IMG/VR virus record: IMGVR_UViG_3300029288_006769
Location: 122,367 to 186,366 of that record
From: a virus
Strand: one strand, 5' to 3'
Length of the DNA: 64,000 nucleotides
Shown: in pieces, positions 20,199 through 28,454 of the stretch
How positions within the stretch are numbered: position 1 is the stretch's first letter
How the letters are laid out: each line of letters begins with the position of its first letter
The notes under the pieces: generated by a model
The model's database searches: none
Seen by the model: only the letters and a program-made list of their open reading frames with translations
Told to the model about the DNA's origin: nothing
Made by a program: the position numbers and the translations under genes

Positions 20199-22073
20199 CT
20201 ATTTAATAAGTCTTAAAAATTTGGCATCATGTTCCGAAACAGCTAATATTCCATCTTTATATATTGACAAAGAACAACCTGAGTCAACAAATTGTTCAGT
20301 TTCTTTCTTGAGAGTAAATTGTCCTTTTCGCTCGATTACTATCCCGGCATCCGTAGGATGTACTATAGAAGAACCGAGTAGAATTTTCCCTTCGATAGTT
20401 TTCAAGAATGGAGAACTTATTGATTCTTCTTTTTTAGAATCGAGAATTTTTCCTTCATCATCAATCAAATAATAATAGGAATAAGTTCGACCTTTGTCCA
20501 AAGTTTTAAATAAAAACAAGACAGTACCTCTTGAAATTTCAGCACAATACTCAATAAGTTGTCCTTGAATCGAAGGAATTGCAGTTTCGTATCTACCTTT
20601 ACCTGAAAAAACTACAAAATAGTATTGTTGGAATATCCTGTAAAACAAGATACCAAGACCGGATGGACCTACTGCAAACCATGTTTGATTTTGAAGCGTT
20701 TGCATTACGACAGTATCAGTCAGATTGCCTTGTACGACTTCTGTCGCAATCAAAGCTTGATCCGTCAAACGGTATAATTTTGAACCGCTACAACCAATCA
20801 TAGTCTTATGGTCAAATTGTAATGTTGTTGTCTTTGCTACAGGTTTGAGTTGATTACCAGCAAGTTCGACGACCATGAGGTAGTTTGTTCCCACGACAAG
20901 GTAATTTTTGAAGAAATCAAAAACCGTATCACGTTTATGGCCATCCCAAATTTTGTGGGTGTATCGAGCTTTTTCTGTTATTTCATGCACTTTGGTTTGA
21001 CTACCAGCATATTCAACGATAATTACTCTATTGTCCTCAAGAACTTTAGAATAGAGTATTGAACCCTCGGTTTTAAATATTGTTTCAGACAAACATTTAC
21101 CTGCATCTACGGTATGAGTAACCACTATATGGGTTATGAGTGGTGCTGGTTGAACTGTTGTAACAAAGCACACAGGACATTTCGCTCTTCCTTTATAATA
21201 CCAACCGTTACATTGATTGCATTTTTCAAATTGGTTTTTATGTGCTGTTAAAAGAGCAGCCGGTATATCAACCCTTTCGCCAAGCCTGAATATTTTGTCA
21301 AAGATGTCAAGCAATTCTGGGCTTATAGTTTCAGGTTTATTCGAAATCCTTGGATATGTTACTGAAGAATCCATGATATAGATTTTTCTTCTTGCTCTTT
21401 CGACAATAGAATCGTAGGTTGCATGAGTGCCGCCATAAGGGTGTGCTAAAAGTAGACATTTGAAAAGCATGACGGCAAAACTATACCAATCTGTTTCTTT
21501 TGTGAAATACGGTTTATCAGCAAGATTGAGCCCGTAAAGATTTGGATCAAGATAAGTATCTGTTCCTACAGCACATGGCCAATCACCAACCTGGAACGAA
21601 TCGACATCTATGTAAATAGAACCAAATTTCGGGGTAAACATTACATTCAAATCGTTATTGTCTCCGATAAATAATCTTGGTGCAACATGTATTGCATCCA
21701 TTGTCAGTTTTGAGTCTACAAAAAAATCAATAATATCATTAGGAGTGATTTGTTCTGTTTTCCTGAATTGTTTATTGGAAAGATTGATTACTTCTTTACC
21801 TTTTGCTAAAGGCATGGAAAATCCCACGATGTCATTACCTCTTGCGTCCAAGATGACATCAATGGGATAAGCTATATTTGTTGGGAGTTTAAGACTTGAA
21901 CCCACTTTTATAAATGCTAAAAGTTTCTCAGCCCTCGTTTTTGATGGTTGATGATAAACTTTTAGAGCTACTCCTTTATGAAGGACTACAGTAGCTTCAC
22001 CACCGACACCTAATGCACTGGTATCATCTACTAAGATCTTGTCATTCTTGTAGATTACTGTTTTGGTCGCCAT
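20199..22073 (-). CDS. Ser/Thr protein-kinase-like domain protein with large C-terminal region
   Basis: glycine-rich loop LGVGGEATVV followed by ALKVY (VAIK-like Lys); catalytic-loop motifs atypical. Confidence 0.4.
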   Translation of the reverse strand: MATKTVIYKNDKILVDDTSALGVGGEATVVLHKGVALKVYHQPSKTRAEKLLAFIKVGSSLKLPTNIAYPIDVILDARGNDIVGFSMPLAKGKEVINLSNKQFRKTEQITPNDIIDFFVDSKLTMDAIHVAPRLFIGDNNDLNVMFTPKFGSIYIDVDSFQVGDWPCAVGTDTYLDPNLYGLNLADKPYFTKETDWYSFAVMLFKCLLLAHPYGGTHATYDSIVERARRKIYIMDSSVTYPRISNKPETISPELLDIFDKIFRLGERVDIPAALLTAHKNQFEKCNQCNGWYYKGRAKCPVCFVTTVQPAPLITHIVVTHTVDAGKCLSETIFKTEGSILYSKVLEDNRVIIVEYAGSQTKVHEITEKARYTHKIWDGHKRDTVFDFFKNYLVVGTNYLMVVELAGNQLKPVAKTTTLQFDHKTMIGCSGSKLYRLTDQALIATEVVQGNLTDTVVMQTLQNQTWFAVGPSGLGILFYRIFQQYYFVVFSGKGRYETAIPSIQGQLIEYCAEISRGTVLFLFKTLDKGRTYSYYYLIDDEGKILDSKKEESISSPFLKTIEGKILLGSSIVHPTDAGIVIERKGQFTLKKETEQFVDSGCSLSIYKDGILAVSEHDAKFLRLIK

Positions 22074-22806
22074 TTTGTTTCTCGATTACTATGCAAGTTG
22101 CGTCATCCCCAAAGAGTTTTTGATCATGCCACAAATTGAACTTTCTTTGAAGTTGACGTTTGTGCGTTCCATATAATTGCGAATCTAATCCATTATCAAT
22201 AAGAGGCTGAATTCCATCTGTCCCTATGATAATGGAATCAATTTCGTTTTGATCAAAAACTTTTATTGTAAAAAAACTAAGTTCAGTTGGCCGTTTTTCA
22301 AGGGCTTCTTTGGGTATGGCCTTGTATGCAATATATTCAGGTGTTCCTGCTTGATGAATTTCGTGTATTTGTTTATTTAAAATGATGATTCCATCACCAC
22401 AATTTCCGACAATTACTTTGTCGTTTACCAAGATAGTAAACAGACATGTACTCAAAAGCATTTCCTTGACAAAGGAAATGCGTTCTGGTACCCAAACGTC
22501 ATCAAAGAACAGAACCCCGAGAAGACGTTTTACAAAAAGATCTAATTCATATTCGATTAAATCTTTTAAACGTTCGGAGTCAATGACTTTGAATTTAGCA
22601 TCTTGTAAAGTTCGCACAAAATTTACAATATATGTGCCTATGAGAGTAGCACCCACTTCCGAATATTTACTTTCCCCACACCCATCGCACACTGTCGCTA
22701 CTAAAAGCTCTGGTGTTTGATGGGAATGAGCAAAGTCCTGCCTATTCTTAAATGAGAGCTGATGGTCTCGACCGACAATAGAAGCAGTGTTAATAAACCA
22801 ATTCAA
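22042..22806 (-). CDS. PP2C-family Ser/Thr phosphatase
   Basis: ATVCDGCGES (DGxGG-like) and C-terminal IIGTDGI. Confidence 0.45.
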   Translation of the reverse strand: MNWFINTASIVGRDHQLSFKNRQDFAHSHQTPELLVATVCDGCGESKYSEVGATLIGTYIVNFVRTLQDAKFKVIDSERLKDLIEYELDLFVKRLLGVLFFDDVWVPERISFVKEMLLSTCLFTILVNDKVIVGNCGDGIIILNKQIHEIHQAGTPEYIAYKAIPKEALEKRPTELSFFTIKVFDQNEIDSIIIGTDGIQPLIDNGLDSQLYGTHKRQLQRKFNLWHDQKLFGDDATCIVIEKQNGDQNSNLQE

Positions 22807-22818
22807 TGCTTTTCTCCT

Positions 22819-23214
22819 TTAATAATTGAGAAGCAGTTTGGCGCCCTTGGAATTTGACAGATCAATGACCAACGGTCCCAAAAGAGTTTTGAGAGCTGTC
22901 TGGTCAGAAACCGTTTTCCACCTGCGATTGATATGCGTATGTGCTGCCTGAATAGAAATCAGATCGCTTGCACGCCTGCCGTAACAACGCCGGATGAAAC
23001 CGACATCATCATTCTTTGTCGCAAATTCAGCAAGGACATAACCCTTTTTGGTAGGCAAAACGCCGATACCGTTGAGGCGCATGTTCCTGATGATTCGGAA
23101 TATCGAGCACGGTCTCAAATGACACCGTTCTGCTAACTGTTTTGCTGTCTGGTACTCATTTTCGATAAGTGCCTGATGCACCTTCTCTACCATTTCAATT
23201 GACCTGGGTTTCAT
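22819..23214 (-). CDS. winged-helix DNA-binding protein
   Basis: YQTAKQLAERCHLRPCSIFRIIRNM HTH-like segment. Confidence 0.3.
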   Translation of the reverse strand: MKPRSIEMVEKVHQALIENEYQTAKQLAERCHLRPCSIFRIIRNMRLNGIGVLPTKKGYVLAEFATKNDDVGFIRRCYGRRASDLISIQAAHTHINRRWKTVSDQTALKTLLGPLVIDLSNSKGAKLLLNY

Positions 23215-23642
23215 AGTCCTCCTTGCATCGTTAAAGATTCACGGAAAATTGCGGCTGCTTCGCTTGCTTCGATTAAAGCGGTCGCGCTTTTTTGATAGAA
23301 AAGAGATTTCTTGAGCATATCAGCGAGATTTGCAACATCTTCAGAAGATAAATTTTTGATTTTCTTTGAAAAACCTTGAGGTAACGAAAACCCTGCAGGA
23401 AAGGCCGGAGGTTCATGCTGATCGACAACAGCAAGAAGATTCGATTTCCTCGTTCCTATAATCTTATACTTAAAATCGATACTTTTGATTTTTTGCCCAG
23501 TTTTCTTTTCGTTGAAAGCAAAAACTGCACTATATAAAGACTGCTTTGTTATATTGAGAGCAGTTAAAATTTCAGGTGCTGTCATACCGTCCGGATTTGC
23601 TTCTAACAATCGGGCTATTTTAATTTGAACTGTTTCTTTCAT
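23211..23642 (-). CDS. hypothetical protein (possible HTH)
   Basis: ORF overlapping neighbours by 4 bp. Confidence 0.25.
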   Translation of the reverse strand: MKETVQIKIARLLEANPDGMTAPEILTALNITKQSLYSAVFAFNEKKTGQKIKSIDFKYKIIGTRKSNLLAVVDQHEPPAFPAGFSLPQGFSKKIKNLSSEDVANLADMLKKSLFYQKSATALIEASEAAAIFRESLTMQGGL

Positions 23643-23866
23643 TTTTCACTGTTCCTTTTTTGAAGGCCAAGTTTTAATAGATATCTTATTTCATTTTGAA
23701 TAGTACGGTCGTCTTCTGCAGCAGCTTCAATGATTTCTCGATATGTTTGTTCTGTTACACGTAAGCTCGTCATGCCCAGTGTAGCTATCAATCTCTCTCC
23801 ACTACTTTTCTCAACAGTTTGTTTTTTCATATTAGCATTACGTATATTTCTATGTCGCATTTGCAT
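23639..23866 (-). CDS. small hypothetical protein (possible ribbon-helix-helix)
   Basis: 75-aa ORF. Confidence 0.2.
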   Translation of the reverse strand: MQMRHRNIRNANMKKQTVEKSSGERLIATLGMTSLRVTEQTYREIIEAAAEDDRTIQNEIRYLLKLGLQKRNSEK

Positions 23867-23966
23867 GCGTGGATTGAAACATATGAACTATAATCTATAA
23901 CATTTGCACAAACAAGGGTTAACAAAAATTCACATTTTTTTACCTTGTTCGAACAAACAAAATAGT

Positions 23967-24329
23967 CTAAAGTTTTCGGTGAGCTTCGTCAATGTCAGTT
24001 TTGTACATCTCAGACATTTGATTCAAAAACTTAAGAGTTTCTTGATCATTCATCTGAGGCATGAAAGAAAGGTTTGTAGGTCCTAATTTGACAAGTGGCT
24101 TTGCAGTGCCAAACGGTTCGCCAGTATCCCAATGAAATTCTTTTGTAAGATATGTTGGTCCATCTAGAACCCAGCAACCATTTTTTATAACATAGGTAGG
24201 TCTTGAATTTTCTCTACTAATTTTAAAAGAGTTGTCTTCTCTGCAAAAAATACCCAATTTGGCATTTCTTGCAGAGATGATATACAGAAAACCATCCTGA
24301 CATTGTTCTAATGGAATATATTCCATCAA
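23967..24329 (-). CDS. hypothetical protein
   Basis: ORF. Confidence 0.25.
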   Translation of the reverse strand: MMEYIPLEQCQDGFLYIISARNAKLGIFCREDNSFKISRENSRPTYVIKNGCWVLDGPTYLTKEFHWDTGEPFGTAKPLVKLGPTNLSFMPQMNDQETLKFLNQMSEMYKTDIDEAHRKL

Positions 24330-24706
24330 TAACCTGTAGCCTGACGCTCGAAATTGATTTCTTGCTTTTTACGAACTTCTTCTAAAAGTTCTGCAGCAGT
24401 CATGTTATGTGTAAGAGCCATATCCATTACGAAAATAAACATATCAACAATTTCCACTTTGATTTCTTTTTCATCTTTGCCATCTTCTTGAGTTTTATGC
24501 GATTTGTAATTACCAACAGCTCCCATAAACTCAGCTACTTCTAAGAACAACAAAAAAGCAAGTTCCTTTGAAAACTTTGTTTTTTGTTTTTTATCAAATT
24601 CATGCAATAATCTGTTTGACCAATCACCTTTTGAAATCAACAAGTTCTCAAACTCTTCTTGTCTCTTATAAAGTCGCTCAAATATGCTGTCCACAATCTC
24701 CTCCAT
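24326..24706 (-). CDS. MazG-like nucleotide pyrophosphohydrolase candidate
   Basis: all-alpha ELAFLLFLEVAEFMGA...EIVDMFIFVMDMA pattern. Confidence 0.35.
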   Translation of the reverse strand: MEEIVDSIFERLYKRQEEFENLLISKGDWSNRLLHEFDKKQKTKFSKELAFLLFLEVAEFMGAVGNYKSHKTQEDGKDEKEIKVEIVDMFIFVMDMALTHNMTAAELLEEVRKKQEINFERQATGY

Positions 24707-25352
24707 CTTTTTTTATAAGAACTGCTGTTATGTGTCTTTCATCATTTTTCATATCATGTATTCTACATCTAAAACATTCAGAATTAATTTTTTCTTTTTG
24801 CTCATCATTCAAATATACGCTTTCGATTTTTCCCGTATTCTGCAAACTTTGTAATGCTTTTAAAGAACTATTACTGAAATCAGGTAAACATTTTCCACCA
24901 GCCCATTCGTGGGGATTGTGCGGCAAACTCGTATGCAAATCTTCTACAATATAAATTCCTCCAGGCGCAAGTGTCGGCCATAATAAAGCCAACGAAAGTT
25001 GTTGACCCATCATCGTATGGCTACCATCATCAATAATCAAATCGAATTTTACTTCATGCCCTCCCATAAAATCTATTGCTTGAACGATAGAAATTCTATC
25101 TTCTTGATTCACATGAAAAGTATTTATCTTAAGCCCAAAAGCATCAAGTGCATAATTTTTTATATCCCACCCAAACACCTTTGCATTTGGAAAATATTCA
25201 CTCCACATTTTTAAACTATCACCTTCATAAACGCCAATTTCAAGCATTGTCTTCACATTTTTTTGCGCCAAATAAATATCATAAATATCTATGAACCCGT
25301 GATCTAATTTATCCGTCTTATATTTTCTTGCTAACTGTTCTAAGAAAATCAT
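24678..25352 (-). CDS. class I SAM-dependent methyltransferase (O-MTase-like)
   Basis: MLEIGVYEGDSL motif I and IIDDGSHT. Confidence 0.55.
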   Translation of the reverse strand: MIFLEQLARKYKTDKLDHGFIDIYDIYLAQKNVKTMLEIGVYEGDSLKMWSEYFPNAKVFGWDIKNYALDAFGLKINTFHVNQEDRISIVQAIDFMGGHEVKFDLIIDDGSHTMMGQQLSLALLWPTLAPGGIYIVEDLHTSLPHNPHEWAGGKCLPDFSNSSLKALQSLQNTGKIESVYLNDEQKEKINSECFRCRIHDMKNDERHITAVLIKKDGGDCGQHI

Positions 25353-26074
25353 GTATTTCCTTCCATATCATTGAACACACCTGCTTCACCGTGATTATTG
25401 TCGAAGTCGTAAAGATCTATTCCTTTGACTTTTGGAAAAGAACAAAGTGAATAGAACTTGCTATTTCGATTTGTCCCTATCCAACCTTCAGCTTCATTTC
25501 GTGTTCCAGCTGGTGTCCTCAATGTCTTTATATGACTCGATTTAGACCACCAAAAATTACCTGCAAAATAATGTTGACCTTCAACATAAAGAGCCCCGAC
25601 AGCATCATATTCCTTTAGAAGTTCTACACACCCTTTGTGTCTTTCCATTATGTGATATGACATAACGCCACGCCAAGAACGGATGTTATGTTGAATTCGA
25701 TCGGGAACATCTGGTCTACAATTGCTTACACCCTTTGTATGCACATACCAGACATTATGATTTGAAATTTGAGCATCTTTATAAATACACTCAAAAGTTG
25801 GCCACTCAAAAAGAGCAATATTAGGATCTATTAGACGAACAACATATTTTTTATGTCTTGAAAAAATATAATCATTTAAGACTTGAGCATGTTGAGCATC
25901 ACCAAGAATTACGACGTTGATTGTATCAGTTGCATTGTAGAGACCCGATTGTAAAATCCTACCATGCATTTCTGATGCAACAATGATACCGCTTAAACCA
26001 TGCATTAAAGCAACATGAAAATAACCGATAGTTGGTGTTTTTGGTTCCACAAGCTTATTTATAACTTGTGGCAA
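25349..26074 (-). CDS. hypothetical protein
   Basis: 241-aa ORF. Confidence 0.3.
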   Translation of the reverse strand: MPQVINKLVEPKTPTIGYFHVALMHGLSGIIVASEMHGRILQSGLYNATDTINVVILGDAQHAQVLNDYIFSRHKKYVVRLIDPNIALFEWPTFECIYKDAQISNHNVWYVHTKGVSNCRPDVPDRIQHNIRSWRGVMSYHIMERHKGCVELLKEYDAVGALYVEGQHYFAGNFWWSKSSHIKTLRTPAGTRNEAEGWIGTNRNSKFYSLCSFPKVKGIDLYDFDNNHGEAGVFNDMEGNT

Positions 26075-26089
26075 ATAGAAAAGAAAAAA

Positions 26090-26458
26090 TTAGAGAGGTT
26101 TATTCATTTTTTCGAAAGCTCGACCAAGAGCTTCGCTAAAAGAACACGAGCCATTATAATACTTGATAGTGAAATCAATCATGCCATTTTCTGCTTTTTG
26201 TGCATCGAATATATCATCATCTTCTAAATCTTTCATTTCAAGGATTTCATAGATAATATCATTTACAAATGCACCTACCTCTTTATAGAAGACATCATAA
26301 AACATTAAATCAGCTTCATCTTCAGCACATCCTGCATAATAAGAAGGAACTTCGCGCCCTTTTGATTCTATGAATCGTGTTACATATTGTACTAATGTTT
26401 CGCCTGGTTCTCGTGGAAATTCTTTAAGTTTGCCCTTAAAGGCTTCTGTTTCACTCAT
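26090..26458 (-). CDS. hypothetical protein
   Basis: 122-aa ORF. Confidence 0.25.
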   Translation of the reverse strand: MSETEAFKGKLKEFPREPGETLVQYVTRFIESKGREVPSYYAGCAEDEADLMFYDVFYKEVGAFVNDIIYEILEMKDLEDDDIFDAQKAENGMIDFTIKYYNGSCSFSEALGRAFEKMNKPL

Positions 26459-26519
26459 TACAACTCCATATAGTTATTTATGACATAAATCCAATTATAC
26501 TCTACAAGGTCGAGCACCA

Positions 26520-28202
26520 TTAGAATTTTGAAAGTTTCCATGACTGAGCAATTGGTATTCTTCGTCCAAAACCAAATGCTTTCCTATGTAATTTAATACC
26601 TAAAGGAGCCTGCCTGCGTTTGAATTCGGCGTTCTTGATTAGCTGACAGACTCTTTTTACTGCTTCAGGATGTTGATCAGCAATAATTTTGTATTTTTCG
26701 TATTCTGCAGGATCTAACCAGTCGCCTTCAATAAAGAGCTCGAGCAAAGCATCAAGAACAGGATATGGTGGCAAACTGTCGACGTCCTTTTGTCCGGGAG
26801 CCAATTCAGCGGAAGGCGCCTTATCAATGATCGCTTGTGATATTGCTCCCGGGTATAATGTGTTATAATAAGCAGCCAGTTCATAAACTTTCATTTTGGG
26901 TAGATCGGAAATTGGAGAGAGACCGCCGCACATATCCCCATACATAGTACAATATCCGACAGACAATTCGCTCTTATTTCCTGTCGAAAGGACTAAGTAT
27001 CCAAAACGATTCGAGTAAGTCATAAGGATCATGCCACGAATACGAGCTTGCAAATTTTCTTCAGCAATTCCCGTTTTTTCAGGTGTTCCAAAGCATTTGT
27101 TAAATTCTTTGAGAATTGTTTCATAGATTCCCTTAATGGGAAGAGTATGAAAATCTATGCCAAGATTTTTGCAAAGAGCCTCTGAATCTTCATAACTTCC
27201 GGTCGATGAATATTCCGAGGGCATTGTACAACCCATGACTCTTTTAGAGCCAAGAGCTTCTTTTGCAACAGCAGAAACAACAGCGCTGTCTATACCACCA
27301 GATTCTCCTATAGCCACTCCTTTGAAACCACACTTTGTAACATAAGAACGAACACCGCATACTATTTGCTTGAAATAAAATTCGGCATTCGAAGCATACG
27401 GTATATGTTCAATACCACCAGGTGACATGCCATGAGTGTGATAAGCAAGCATTAAAGAATCAATTTCAGATCGTTCCTGAACAAAATCCCCCGACTTGAG
27501 GATTATAGCACCACGTTTGTTTGTGACAAAGCTGTTACCGTCAAAAACAATGTCATCATTACCACCAACCTGATTGACGTAAACAATGGGCATTGCATAT
27601 TGCTTGCTGATCCGCTTTATCATTTCGACTCTTTCTTGATGTTTTCCGACAACAGAAGGAGAGCCGTTGATTGAGATAATGAATTCGACATTTGCATTGA
27701 AAAGATCTTCAACAGGATTTATTGTATAAATTGAATTGTTGTACCACAGATCCTCACAGATAACAATTCCAATACGTATGCCGCGAAATTGAAAAATGCC
27801 CGGTTTTTCTCCCGGTTGAAAATAACGAGACTCATCGAAAATATCATAGGTAGGTAGTAACCTTTTCCTGTAGTTGTATATGACTTCACCTTTATAGCAA
27901 ACTGCAGCCGAATTATAGAGCTTTTTCCCATGGCCTGTATTTTTTTCTACATAGCCGATTATAATTGGAGAATTGATTTCTTTTGTTTGTTCGAGAAACC
28001 ATTTTAATGCTTCGTCTTGATCTGCAAGAAAAGCTGAATAATCGACTAAATCAAGAAGAGGATAGCCAGGGATAGTGAGTTCTGGGAAAACATACATGAA
28101 AACGCCATTGTCAGTTTTTTGCTTTATAAAGTCGATAACTTTTTGAGCATTCCCCATAAAATCACCAACAATCGTGTCGATCTGACATAAGACAATATTC
28201 AT
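26520..28202 (-). CDS. nadE: glutamine-dependent NAD+ synthetase (NadE; CN-hydrolase + NAD synthase domains)
   Basis: 560 aa; PP-loop SGGIDSAV; N-terminal nitrilase-like domain; overall architecture. Confidence 0.85.
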   Translation of the reverse strand: MNIVLCQIDTIVGDFMGNAQKVIDFIKQKTDNGVFMYVFPELTIPGYPLLDLVDYSAFLADQDEALKWFLEQTKEINSPIIIGYVEKNTGHGKKLYNSAAVCYKGEVIYNYRKRLLPTYDIFDESRYFQPGEKPGIFQFRGIRIGIVICEDLWYNNSIYTINPVEDLFNANVEFIISINGSPSVVGKHQERVEMIKRISKQYAMPIVYVNQVGGNDDIVFDGNSFVTNKRGAIILKSGDFVQERSEIDSLMLAYHTHGMSPGGIEHIPYASNAEFYFKQIVCGVRSYVTKCGFKGVAIGESGGIDSAVVSAVAKEALGSKRVMGCTMPSEYSSTGSYEDSEALCKNLGIDFHTLPIKGIYETILKEFNKCFGTPEKTGIAEENLQARIRGMILMTYSNRFGYLVLSTGNKSELSVGYCTMYGDMCGGLSPISDLPKMKVYELAAYYNTLYPGAISQAIIDKAPSAELAPGQKDVDSLPPYPVLDALLELFIEGDWLDPAEYEKYKIIADQHPEAVKRVCQLIKNAEFKRRQAPLGIKLHRKAFGFGRRIPIAQSWKLSKF

Positions 28203-28454
28203 AACTCTCCTTATTCTATGACTTCAAACAAACCGTAGAGAAAGTGCTTGTGATCTTTATATCGGAATGCAACAAATCCATCATATCGAACTACTCTTGC
28301 GCAGGAATCATAGACTTGAACAACAGAACCATCGCAAGCATACCGAAGTATCTGATATGTTCTTGGTTTTTCTTCAGTTTTACTACAACTTATAATCAAA
28401 GTGACTATAAAGAGCAAATTACAACTTATAATCAAGGTGACTATAAAGAATAAT

